Positions 29,619-38,792 of a DNA stretch of 64,000 bases are shown in pieces. The notes under the pieces were generated by a model. The model had not been told where the DNA came from. It made no database searches and saw nothing but the letters and a program-made list of their open reading frames with translations. The position numbers and the translations under genes were made by a program. Every line of letters starts with the position of its first letter. The stretch's first letter is position 1. Source of the stretch: Candidatus Omnitrophota bacterium (GTDB lineage: Bacteria > Omnitrophota > Omnitrophia > Omnitrophales > JACROU01); assembly GCA_016214265.1 (NCBI GenBank), contig JACROU010000037.1, positions 3,859 through 67,858 of the forward strand, in the 5' to 3' direction.

Positions 29619-30106
29619 ACATGGCCAGTTCCGTTCCATATCTCGGTAAACATCATGCGCTTAATCTGGTTTTTGGCCGCGCTGGTGTGATCGAAGCGCG
29701 CGAAGACGAAATTGTGGTGCCCGTGCCTTTTCCGGAGCAGGGCTATGATCACTCAAAATACATTGATACGCGGTTGAATCAATGGGGCCGGATGAAGGCG
29801 ATCGAGATTTTGAAAGACCGGATTTCTTTTTACGAGGCCGTGATGGGCGTTCAATCGTCCCAGCTTCGGATTAAGTCCGTGAAGACATTGTGGGGAAGTT
29901 GCAACTCGAAAGGCCGGGTGATGTTTAACTGGCGGCTCGTGATGGCGCCGATTCCCGTGATCGATTATGTTGTTGTGCACGAGCTGGCGCATCTGATTCA
30001 TCGTAATCATTCCGAAAAATTCTGGAAAACCGTGGAGTCCGTGATTCCCGATTACAAACAGCGCAGAAAATGGCTTCGTCTGAATGAAAAGTCGATGACA
30101 TGGTAG
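29615..30106 (+). CDS. YgjP/DUF45-family metal-dependent hydrolase (HExxH)
   Basis: WGSCN...VVHELAHLIHRNHS motif. ATG at 29615 overlaps the glpD stop. Confidence 0.65.
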   Translation: MNMASSVPYLGKHHALNLVFGRAGVIEAREDEIVVPVPFPEQGYDHSKYIDTRLNQWGRMKAIEILKDRISFYEAVMGVQSSQLRIKSVKTLWGSCNSKGRVMFNWRLVMAPIPVIDYVVVHELAHLIHRNHSEKFWKTVESVIPDYKQRRKWLRLNEKSMTW

Positions 30107-31332
30107 TCGAAACAGTTTGGGATTGTGTGATTGTGGGCGCGGGCGCGGCGGGGCTTATGACCGCGATTACGGCCGCGCGGGGCGGGGCGAAAGTCCTCGT
30201 TCTCGACGGCAAAGAAAAAATTGGCGCGAAAATTTTAATGTCGGGCGGCACGCGCTGCAATGTGACGAACCGGTTGGTGAGCGAAAAAGATTATGAGGGT
30301 GAAAACAAACACGCCATTCGTAATGTGCTTCGTGCTTTTCCGTCCGACCAGGCGGTTGAATTTTTTAGGGAACTTGGCGTTCGTCTTGAACTGGAACCGG
30401 GCGGAAAATATTTTCCGGCCACACATTCGGCTAAAACGGTTCTGCATGCCCTCACGAAAGAAATCGATCGCCTTGGCGTCACGCTTTATCCGCATCACAA
30501 AGTGAATTGCGTTGCCTTTGACGGAGCGTGTTTTCATATTTCGGGAAAAAATTTTCTTTGTGCGGCAAAAACGCTGGTTCTTACGACTGGGGGATTGTCG
30601 CATCCGACGACCGGAAGCGACGGCTCGGGCTATCAGCTGGCGCATTCTCTAGGGCATGATTTGATCCGGACGACGCCGGCTTTGACGCCGCTTGTGACTA
30701 CGGATGCCGGCTGGAAACAACTTGCGGGGATCACGCTTGAGAATGTCCGGCTGACACTTTGGGTGAATCAAAAAAAGGGTATTTCATTCGCGGGCGGGTT
30801 TTTGTTCACCCATTTTGGATTCAGCGGTCCAGCGGCGCTGAATATCAGCCGGCACTGGATTCATTGGAAAAATCAGGGTGCGGATGTGACGCTTGCCGTG
30901 AACTTTTTGCCAGACCAAACAGAAGAATCTATTCGTAAATACATTACCGGTTCCAAAAAGACCGCTAAAAATTTCTTGTCGGATTTATTCCCGGACCGTT
31001 TGGCCGCTATGCTGGTGAAAAAAAATAAAATTTCAGAGTCCGAAACGTTGAGTCAATTAAAGCGCGAGGAACGCGAACTGCTTATTCGTTCTCTGTTTCA
31101 TTTTCCGCTGGTGGTGGCGCGGCTTTACGGCTACGAGAAGGCGGAAGCGACCGCCGGCGGGGTGGATTTAAGCGAAGTGGATACCCGGACGATGGAATCG
31201 AGAATTCAGCCGAGGCTTTTTTTTGCAGGAGAAATTTTGGATGCCGATGGCGTGATCGGAGGGTTTAATTTTCAATGGGCGTGGGCCAGCGGCTATCTGG
31301 CCGGTCGCGCTGTGGCGGAAAAGAAACAATGA
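30100..31332 (+). CDS. HI0933/YhiN-family NAD(FAD)-utilising flavoprotein
   Basis: WDCVIVGAGAAGLMTAI...LMSGGTRCNVTN, diagnostic of the family. Confidence 0.8.
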   Translation: MVVETVWDCVIVGAGAAGLMTAITAARGGAKVLVLDGKEKIGAKILMSGGTRCNVTNRLVSEKDYEGENKHAIRNVLRAFPSDQAVEFFRELGVRLELEPGGKYFPATHSAKTVLHALTKEIDRLGVTLYPHHKVNCVAFDGACFHISGKNFLCAAKTLVLTTGGLSHPTTGSDGSGYQLAHSLGHDLIRTTPALTPLVTTDAGWKQLAGITLENVRLTLWVNQKKGISFAGGFLFTHFGFSGPAALNISRHWIHWKNQGADVTLAVNFLPDQTEESIRKYITGSKKTAKNFLSDLFPDRLAAMLVKKNKISESETLSQLKREERELLIRSLFHFPLVVARLYGYEKAEATAGGVDLSEVDTRTMESRIQPRLFFAGEILDADGVIGGFNFQWAWASGYLAGRAVAEKKQ

Positions 31333-32030
31333 ATCTTGTTCAATTTAATTTTCAGACATCGCCGGTTATTTCAAAGCTCTTCCGTTTTGAGTCGATAATC
31401 TATCGGGGCGAATTAAAGCCAAAAATCCAGCATTTCGAGACAGTGCGTGAAGGCGAAACGTTTCACCTCATCACGACTACGCTGATTCGAAAAGAAGAAA
31501 GTCTGGTCTGGAAATCGTGTCTGGATATGCTCGAATTTACGATGAAAACCGCCGCGGCCGGCATGCAGGGACTTTTCGGGTTTGATTTACTCGCCATCGA
31601 TTTCGGCAAAGGGATCGATCATTTTAATTGGAATGATTTGGCTGCGCTCATTGTGAACCGCTCCCGCAAACTGGCCGTGGGTGAGGAAGTGCTGATTCAA
31701 TACGGTTCGCTTTTCGGCATGCTCAAGAAACGGGTCAGCGAAACCTGGGGCAAAATTGATTTTCACACGGCGGTGGAGGTATTCGGTAAGGATTCCGCTC
31801 AGTTTGATTTGGTGATCAAAAAATTAATCAACGACAGTGCCGAGTTAACGGGAGCCAAAATCATCGCGGTTTTAGACTTGAGTCAGGACCCGATATTTAA
31901 ATTCGGCTTGGAAGAACAGACCGAACGGCTGGCGAAACTGCTTGCGTCGCAGGCATCGCAGGTGATGGACATTTACGTCATCCACCGCGACAAGGCCGTT
32001 GAACTCAAAGCCCAGTTTGGGGTTGATTAG
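31329..32030 (+). CDS. Hypothetical protein, translationally coupled to the flavoprotein gene
   Basis: ATG overlaps the upstream stop. No recognisable motifs. Confidence 0.35.
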   Translation: MNLVQFNFQTSPVISKLFRFESIIYRGELKPKIQHFETVREGETFHLITTTLIRKEESLVWKSCLDMLEFTMKTAAAGMQGLFGFDLLAIDFGKGIDHFNWNDLAALIVNRSRKLAVGEEVLIQYGSLFGMLKKRVSETWGKIDFHTAVEVFGKDSAQFDLVIKKLINDSAELTGAKIIAVLDLSQDPIFKFGLEEQTERLAKLLASQASQVMDIYVIHRDKAVELKAQFGVD

Positions 32031-32084
32031 AAAGTAAGAGTTTCAGCAAGTATACTTGTCACAGATACAGTCAAGGAGGACGGT

Positions 32085-32456
32085 ATGAAGAAAGTGTTCG
32101 CCGCGGTTTTTTTCTTTTCCCTCGTGATGTTCGCGAATGGGTGCTCTCAAGCGCCTTCTCAATCCTCCGATGAATATCTGGGCGTCTGGAAAATTACCGA
32201 TATGAATGGCCGCGTATCCCAATTAACAATCAATGAAAACGGCACGATTCAAAGCGATCAAAAAAGTTTAACCGGCGGAACATGGACGATGGATGGTGCC
32301 AGAGTTCATATTGTCTGGTCGAACGGACGAAACGATTTTCTGTATCACAGTGGAAACAAGTTCAAGGTGATCACTTATTTGCCGGGAGTTTCGGTGGACG
32401 CGACTGTGGGCGTGAACGCGGATGCCGAGCGCGTTAGCGATTTAGCGGGAAAATAA
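32085..32456 (+). CDS. Lipoprotein carrying one copy of a novel ~70-aa YxGVWK...NGT...W..NG.NDFL domain
   Basis: AGGAGG RBS. Signal plus Cys. Domain is paralogous to both halves of the next gene. Confidence 0.5.
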   Translation: MKKVFAAVFFFSLVMFANGCSQAPSQSSDEYLGVWKITDMNGRVSQLTINENGTIQSDQKSLTGGTWTMDGARVHIVWSNGRNDFLYHSGNKFKVITYLPGVSVDATVGVNADAERVSDLAGK

Positions 32457-32476
32457 TTTTAATCAAGGAGGATGTC

Positions 32477-33166
32477 ATGAAAATCAGAATGTTTACCGTA
32501 TTGATGTTGCTTTCATTTATCTCTTTTCTCGGAGTTCAAAGTATTTACGCCCAGATGCCGCCCGCATGGCCTGACGAATATGTGGGTGTCTGGAAACTGA
32601 AACGACAAGGAACCGAAGCGCGCTACATTGTGCTCGCAAAAAATGGCACCTGCAAAACCACGTTCAATATCGACGCGCAAGGAAAATGGCAATTCGATGT
32701 GGATCAACAAGAACTTCGCATTAACTGGAGTGACGGTTGGACGGATATTCTTCTTAAGCAGGGCGGCGAATATAAAAATTATGGTTATTCAGGCAATGCA
32801 TCTGCTGGGGATAAACCAAAAGATAAATTTAAGGCCGTCAAAGTGGATTTGGATCCGTTCGGTTATCTGGGCGTTTGGAAACTAATGATGAAAGACGGCA
32901 CAACCCATCAAATCACGATTAACCCCGATGGTACCGCCACGACGGATATGAGCAGTGGACAAAAAGGCGGATGGGAAATTAGCGGAGAAAAAGTTCATAT
33001 TTCCTGGAACAACGGCGGCAATGATTTTTTAATCAAAACCAAGAACGGGATGTATAAATTGGAACTTAATCCGCCCACGACAAAAGGGGCCGGTTCATCC
33101 ATCGCGTTGCCGATTGAGCGGACTAAAGCATTCTTGAGGGGCGGTGTTACGGCCTCCGTGATTTGA
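32477..33166 (+). CDS. Secreted protein with two tandem copies of the same ~70-aa domain
   Basis: AGGAGG RBS, signal peptide. YVGVWKLKRQG...INWSDGWTDILL and YLGVWKLMMKDG...ISWNNGGNDFLI repeats. Confidence 0.5.
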   Translation: MKIRMFTVLMLLSFISFLGVQSIYAQMPPAWPDEYVGVWKLKRQGTEARYIVLAKNGTCKTTFNIDAQGKWQFDVDQQELRINWSDGWTDILLKQGGEYKNYGYSGNASAGDKPKDKFKAVKVDLDPFGYLGVWKLMMKDGTTHQITINPDGTATTDMSSGQKGGWEISGEKVHISWNNGGNDFLIKTKNGMYKLELNPPTTKGAGSSIALPIERTKAFLRGGVTASVI

Positions 33167-33184
33167 GAAAGAAAACGCGTTTCA

Positions 33185-35110
33185 ATGAAAAAAGCTGAGA
33201 ATATTAATTCGGAAGACCATTTTGAATTTTTGAAAAAACTAATCGAGCTCGAGGAAGCGGATGAAATCGAGCGCTTCCGCGACGAGTTTACCCACCGCAC
33301 TCCCGAAGAACGCGAACGCGCCGGCAAAGCGCTGCTTCGCTTGAATGCCGTCGAATTTCACTTCAATCCCGCAGGTCACAGGCTAGTCACATTTCAATAT
33401 GTCGATCGACGGCCGTTTCCGCTTTATTCTCCGGATACCGGCGACGTGGTCACCGTATCCCGAAACACCGGCGAGTTTTTCGATTTGCCGATCGGAACCG
33501 TTTACGAAAAGCGGCGCGAAGAAATTATCGTCGCGTTCAACCGCGATTTGCCCGAGTGGGTGGACGAAAATGGAATTTATCACCTGAACATTGCGGGCAA
33601 TCGCTCGACCTACAAAAAAATCTTCGACACGCTGCGTCTGGTTCGGACGGCGAAAGACAGCCGGCTGGCCCAGCTTCGCGATATCAGCTTAGGCCTGAAA
33701 AAAGCGGAGGAAAGCGATTTAACAGTTCCCGAGATCGACAAGATTCCGTTTTTCAACGCTCACCTGAACCCATTCCAAAAAGAAGCCGTGAAAATGGCGA
33801 TGGAAGCGCGCGATGTGGCGCTGGTGCACGGTCCGCCGGGCACCGGAAAGACGACAGTGCTCGTCGAAATTATCCGCCAGGAAGTCGCGCTTGGGCATTC
33901 GGTGTTCGTGACGGCCCCGTCCAACGCGGCGTGCGATCATTTACTGGCGTGTCTGGTGGCGGCCGGAGTTGCTGTATTCCGGCTCGGTCATCCGGCGCGT
34001 ATCATGAAACATTTGCGCGAGTACACGCTCGATTTTAAATTGGCGAAACATCCGTACGCCGAAGCGGTCGATGAATACGAGTCGGAACTCCGCGCGCTCT
34101 ACAAAAAACGCGATCGCCGCAGTGAGCGCGTCTGGATCGAAAAAGAAGAATGGGGGCAGATTGCCGAAGAAGCGAAAATGCTGAAGTCCCAAATTCGCGA
34201 GCTGGAAAGCACTATCCTGAAACAGGTGCTGGCCGATACGCCGGTAATTATCGGAACGCACACGAGTGCTCTCGATCCGGTGATCCGCGGCCGGAAATTT
34301 GATTTGGTGGTGATGGACGAGGCCACACAGAGCACTGAGCCCAGCTCGTGGATTCCGATGCTGATCGCGCAAAAGGCGATTTTGGCCGGCGACCATTTTC
34401 AACTGCCGCCCACGATTCTGTCGCAAAAAGCGGCGGAAATGGGACTGGCGGTGACGCTCTTCGAGCGGCTCCACAAAATCCTCCCGAAAAAATTCAAAAC
34501 CCTGCTACGGGTTCAATACCGCATGCACGAAAAAATTATGAATTTTTCCTCCAAAGAATTTTATGGCGGCGATTTGATCGCGGATGAATCCGTCAGATTG
34601 CACACGCTCTCTGATGTCAAACACGTCAAGCGCTGTCCGGTGACGGAAGAAGTTGTGATTTTTCTCGACACCGCCGGCCGGGGATTTTTGGAACACGGAA
34701 GTCAGAGCCGATTTAATGTGGAAGAATCCGATTTGGTGGTTCTGGAACTGGCGAAACTGCTTGAGGCGGGAGTCCGGCCCGAAGATATTGCCGTGATCAG
34801 TCCGTACAGCGCGCAGGTGCGCCTCCTGGCCGATCAAGTGAATAATCCGAATATCGAAGTCGACAGCGTCGACAGTTTTCAGGGACGGGAAAAAGAAGTC
34901 GTCATCGTTTCGCTGGTCCGGTCGAATTTGGAAGGCGAGCTGGGATTTTTAAATGACACGCGCCGCATGAATGTCGCGATGACGCGCGCCCGCCGGAAAC
35001 TTTTCGTGATCGGCGACAGCGCCACCTTGGCCAGCATTCCGTTTTACGCCGATTTCCTCAAATACGCCGAAACGATCGGCGCCTACCGCAGCAGCTGGGA
35101 AGGGGTTTAG
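33185..35110 (+). CDS. Superfamily-1 Upf1/DNA2-like helicase (AAA_11/AAA_12) with ~190-aa N-terminal domain of unknown function
   Basis: Walker A HGPPGTGKTT, DEATQ motif II, VDSFQGREKEVVIVSLVRSN motif. RecD/Upf1-like C-terminal core. Confidence 0.8.
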   Translation: MKKAENINSEDHFEFLKKLIELEEADEIERFRDEFTHRTPEERERAGKALLRLNAVEFHFNPAGHRLVTFQYVDRRPFPLYSPDTGDVVTVSRNTGEFFDLPIGTVYEKRREEIIVAFNRDLPEWVDENGIYHLNIAGNRSTYKKIFDTLRLVRTAKDSRLAQLRDISLGLKKAEESDLTVPEIDKIPFFNAHLNPFQKEAVKMAMEARDVALVHGPPGTGKTTVLVEIIRQEVALGHSVFVTAPSNAACDHLLACLVAAGVAVFRLGHPARIMKHLREYTLDFKLAKHPYAEAVDEYESELRALYKKRDRRSERVWIEKEEWGQIAEEAKMLKSQIRELESTILKQVLADTPVIIGTHTSALDPVIRGRKFDLVVMDEATQSTEPSSWIPMLIAQKAILAGDHFQLPPTILSQKAAEMGLAVTLFERLHKILPKKFKTLLRVQYRMHEKIMNFSSKEFYGGDLIADESVRLHTLSDVKHVKRCPVTEEVVIFLDTAGRGFLEHGSQSRFNVEESDLVVLELAKLLEAGVRPEDIAVISPYSAQVRLLADQVNNPNIEVDSVDSFQGREKEVVIVSLVRSNLEGELGFLNDTRRMNVAMTRARRKLFVIGDSATLASIPFYADFLKYAETIGAYRSSWEGV

Positions 35111-35115
35111 ATTAT

Positions 35116-35265
35116 TGTCATCCCAGACAACACTGCGCGGTTTTATGCGCAGGGAGATCTGGGATCCAGTGTCTTCTCCGCCACGGCGGATCCGCCCAAT
35201 GGTGGAAAAGCCTCTGGATTCCGGATCACGGACGCTCTACGAGCGTCTCTTGTCCGGAATGACAA
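35116..35265. repeat. MITE-like repeat, copy 2 (TGTCATCC...GGAATGACA), longer variant
   Basis: Same termini and GGGATCCAG / CTGGATTCC internal boxes as 22063-22135. Lies between convergent helicase and dusB genes. Confidence 0.5.
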
Positions 35266-35268
35266 AGT

Positions 35269-36228
35269 TTAGAAGTTTTCGATCAGCCGGCGCAAGTCCT
35301 CGGCGAGGGTGGTGGCATTGATTTTATTGCGGAATTCGGCGGCTCCGGGTTGTCCGGCAAAGTACCAGCACAAAATTTTCCGGCATTTCAAGACGCCCAT
35401 TTTTTCGCCTTCGGTTTCGATTTCGAGTTCAAAATGTCTGAGCGCCGTTTTTTTGATGGTCTCCAAATCCGGTTTCGTCGTGGGCACGCCGCCGTTTAAC
35501 ACCGATTCAATCGATTTATAAATCCAGGGATTCCCGAGCGCGCCGCGTCCGATCATCACGCCGTCGCATCCCGTTTCCTCCAGCAGGCGTTTCGCGTCGT
35601 CGCCGCACATCACATCCCCATTGCCGAACACCGGAATCTTCACGGTTTCTTTCACTCGGCGAATCGACTGCCAGTCCGCGGTGCCGCTGTAGCCTTGAGC
35701 GCGGGTCCGGCCGTGAACGGTGATCGCGGAAAGGCCGGCATCTTCAGCCAGTTTCGCGATGCGCACGGCCTCCGCGCCGGAAGGATCGAAGTAGCCTTTT
35801 CGCATTTTCACGGTGACGGGGATGCGCTTCACATTCTTAACGACGCTCTCGAAAATTTTTTTCGTGGTGTCGGGTTCGATCAAGAGGGCCGAGCCGCCGC
35901 CGGGACCCGTGATTTTGGGAACCGGGCATCCGCAATTGATATCGATCAAATCAAAACCCATATCTTCGATAATACGCGCGGCTTCGCCCATCACCTCGGG
36001 CCGGGCCCCGACAATTTGCGCGCCCAGCGGCCGGTCGTTTTCGACGCGTTTCAAAATCCCGTTCGTGCGCCGCGCCTCGCGTACCAAGGCTTCCGAACTG
36101 AGCATCTCGAGGAAGGCAAACTCCATCCCGTGCTCGCGCGCCACCAGCCGGAACGCCAGATCGGTACATCCTGCCATCGGGGATTGAATGATGTTGGTTT
36201 TGAGTGTGAGAGTTTTTAGCTGCAACAT
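35269..36228 (-). CDS. dusB: tRNA-dihydrouridine synthase
   Basis: IQSPMAGCTDLAFR...IDINCGCP...VTVKMR conserved Dus motifs. Confidence 0.85.
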   Translation of the reverse strand: MLQLKTLTLKTNIIQSPMAGCTDLAFRLVAREHGMEFAFLEMLSSEALVREARRTNGILKRVENDRPLGAQIVGARPEVMGEAARIIEDMGFDLIDINCGCPVPKITGPGGGSALLIEPDTTKKIFESVVKNVKRIPVTVKMRKGYFDPSGAEAVRIAKLAEDAGLSAITVHGRTRAQGYSGTADWQSIRRVKETVKIPVFGNGDVMCGDDAKRLLEETGCDGVMIGRGALGNPWIYKSIESVLNGGVPTTKPDLETIKKTALRHFELEIETEGEKMGVLKCRKILCWYFAGQPGAAEFRNKINATTLAEDLRRLIENF

Positions 36229-36474
36229 AAGCTCGTATTGTACTCGATTTTGTGATTTTGCCCTCTCCCTTTTCCGTCATTGGGAGGATCCGCCGCGGCG
36301 GCCAATACTTCATCACGCTCCAGAAGGTTGTGGACGCCCTAGTCCAGACCGCCATTCAAGCCAGAAGCCTCGCCGTTGCCGCGTAAGTATTATTCAAAAA
36401 ATACATATTTTAATTATATATAATTTATGGTACCTTCATGCCCTCGGAAAACAGTACGAAGAAAGGTGGGCGTT

Positions 36475-37299
36475 ATGGAAACGACAAAGGTTGCTTTATT
36501 CAAGGGCAAAAAAATCAGGAAAACGATTTCTAACAATGAGTGGTGGTTTGTTATTGAAGATGTTATTGCAGTGCTCACTGATTCAGCGCAGCCGGCAGGA
36601 TACATCAAGGATATGCGGCGCAGAGATCCTGAGCTTGCTAAAGGGTGGGGGCAAATTGCCACCCCCCTTCCTATTGAAACCGTCGGCGGCAAACAGAATG
36701 TGAGCTGTGCCAATATCGAAGGTATCTTCCGAATTATCCAATCGATTCCTTCTCCCAAAGCCGAACCTTTTAAGCGCTGGCTGGCAAAAGTCGGATACGA
36801 GCGGGTACAGGAAATAGAAAATCCCGAACTGGCAACGAAACGCACTCGGATGCTTTATAAACTTAAAGGTTATAGCGAAGATTGGATTGAAAAGCGGATG
36901 CGGGGTATTGCCATCCGCGAAGAATTGACCGATGAGTGGAAGAAGCGCGAGGCGAGAGAGCAAAAAGATTACGAGATACTGACAGCCGAAATTTCCAAAG
37001 CCACGTTTGGCATAACGCCGGTCGAGTACAAAAAATTAAAGGGGTTAAAAAGAGAAAACTTGCGTGACCACATGAATGATTTTGAGTTGATCTTTACCAT
37101 GCTTGGTGAGCGCGCCACAACCGAAATACACCGGACCGAAGATTCGAAAGGTGTGGAAAAACTGAAAAATGATGCCAAAGCGGGCGGCGATATTGCCGGA
37201 GGTGCGAGGAAGCAGCTGGAAAGGCGTCTCGGTCGATCTGTCGTGTCAGGGAAAAATTTTCTACAGAAGCCGCAAAGCAAAAAATCACTCCAAAAGTAA
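36475..37299 (+). CDS. DinD-like / Bro-N domain protein (DNA-damage-inducible protein D family)
   Basis: GGTGGG RBS. N-terminal Bro-N-like region and C-terminus are alignable to E. coli DinD (…GYQGLYGG…KGLKK… pattern). Preceded by an AT-rich promoter-like intergenic. Confidence 0.6.
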   Translation: METTKVALFKGKKIRKTISNNEWWFVIEDVIAVLTDSAQPAGYIKDMRRRDPELAKGWGQIATPLPIETVGGKQNVSCANIEGIFRIIQSIPSPKAEPFKRWLAKVGYERVQEIENPELATKRTRMLYKLKGYSEDWIEKRMRGIAIREELTDEWKKREAREQKDYEILTAEISKATFGITPVEYKKLKGLKRENLRDHMNDFELIFTMLGERATTEIHRTEDSKGVEKLKNDAKAGGDIAGGARKQLERRLGRSVVSGKNFLQKPQSKKSLQK

Positions 37300-37587
37300 G
37301 CATTAATCGGTGGCTGGCGGGGAAGATTTTAATGGCCGCTTTTGACTATGCTCGCGAAAAAGGGTATAAACTTGTTTCGTTTGTATCCATCCGGCGAAGT
37401 CCCATTCGCTTTAATCGAGGTTGTTATGAGTAACAAAAAAACAAGATTACAGCAACTTGAAGAGCGTTATCAGGATGGGTACAAAAGAATGCCAGAAAAA
37501 GTCGATAATGTAGAACCTTTGTTCCGTGCAGGTCTTGAAAGTTTCACCCCGGAAATAGAGTTATAAAAATAAAATAAGGAGGCTCTT

Positions 37588-37824
37588 ATGCCATACGATG
37601 CCGCATTAGATGACAAGTTGTTCAACAAAGCGTTTGAGGGTGAGGGAACACGGGTGAGCGTTAGCGTGTACTCTTACAACAAAGGCGCCAAAAAACTTCA
37701 GATTTCGCGCGAAAATTATAGCGCTGAAGGTGAAGCGCGTTTCGCCAAGCTCGGACGTCTGACAAAGCCGGAATTAGTCGCGATCCTTCCTTTTCTTCAG
37801 GAAGCCATTTCGCAAATGGATTAA
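37588..37824 (+). CDS. PC4/YdbC-like single-stranded-DNA-binding small protein
   Basis: AGGAGG RBS. RVSVSVYSYNKGAKKLQISRENY...RLTKPELVAILPFLQEAI resembles the bacterial PC4-like YdbC family. Confidence 0.4.
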   Translation: MPYDAALDDKLFNKAFEGEGTRVSVSVYSYNKGAKKLQISRENYSAEGEARFAKLGRLTKPELVAILPFLQEAISQMD

Positions 37825-38792
37825 TGGATTCAGCGTTTCGCCCTGCCTGGTGGTGTCCCGGCCCACATCTGCAGTCGATTTTTGCTCATTTTTTCCGCTC
37901 CGTGCCTCGACTGTGTTTGACACGAAAACGGATTGAAACTCCGGATCACGATTTTCTTGATCTGGATTTTCTGGATTTCGAGAAGGAAGCCCCCCTGGTC
38001 GTGGTGTTGCACGGACTCGAGGGCTCTTCTGACGCGCGTTATATCCAAAGTTTGATGGGAGTGGTTCGTGCCCGCGGTTGGCGAGGCGTTGCCGTGAATC
38101 TGCGCGGCTGCTCGGGCGAACAAAATCGCCAGCGGTATTCCTACCATGCCGGCAAATCCGAAGATCTTGATTTCGTGGTGAACTATCTGATTCAGCGCGA
38201 GAAGGTGACATCCATTTATCTTGTCGGATTTTCTCTCGGCGGAAATATGCTGTTGAAATGGCTGGGCGAGTCGGGCGGCCAAGTGCCTAAGCAGGTGATG
38301 CGAGCCGCGGTGGTTTCCGTTCCTTTCGATCTTGCTAAATCCACGGAAATTATGGACCGGGGTTTTCATCGGGCGGTGTACACGTCGGGAATGCTCAAAA
38401 CGCTGAAGGTGAAAGCCCTCGAAAAGGAAAAACAATTTCCCGGCTGTGTCGATATCGCGAAAGTCCGCCGGGCGCGCACCTTCGGGGAGTTCGATTCGTA
38501 CGTGACGGCGCCCGTCAATGGCATCGAAAGCGCCATGACATACTGGATTCAGTCGAGCGCGATTCATTATTTGGACCAGATTCGCGTCCCAACCCTCGTG
38601 ATTCATGCCGAAGACGACCCCTTTTTCCCCGGACGGCTCTTACCGCGTGAAAAATGGAAAGCTTCCAATTACCTCCAAGCTGTGGTAACGTCTTCCGGTG
38701 GGCATCTGGGATTCGTCTCGGGTGCCTGGCCCTGGCAACAGGAGCTCTGGCTCGAAAATTCAATGTTAGGATTTTTTAATGGAACCCACTGA
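37824..38792 (+). CDS. Alpha/beta-fold hydrolase (YheT-like)
   Basis: LVVVLHGLEGSS...GFSLGGNML nucleophile elbow. Family-typical length. Confidence 0.75.
   Translation: MDSAFRPAWWCPGPHLQSIFAHFFRSVPRLCLTRKRIETPDHDFLDLDFLDFEKEAPLVVVLHGLEGSSDARYIQSLMGVVRARGWRGVAVNLRGCSGEQNRQRYSYHAGKSEDLDFVVNYLIQREKVTSIYLVGFSLGGNMLLKWLGESGGQVPKQVMRAAVVSVPFDLAKSTEIMDRGFHRAVYTSGMLKTLKVKALEKEKQFPGCVDIAKVRRARTFGEFDSYVTAPVNGIESAMTYWIQSSAIHYLDQIRVPTLVIHAEDDPFFPGRLLPREKWKASNYLQAVVTSSGGHLGFVSGAWPWQQELWLENSMLGFFNGTH

Noticed and set aside
33556-34474. ORFs 33556..34038 (+, Arg/Ser-rich) and 33941..34474 (-) inside the helicase gene
   Set aside because: Alternate-frame or antisense artefacts within a helicase whose motifs are all in the 33185 frame.
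37830-38606. 258-aa antisense ORF opposite the alpha/beta hydrolase gene
   Set aside because: His/Arg-rich antisense translation, no start context. The sense strand has clear hydrolase motifs.
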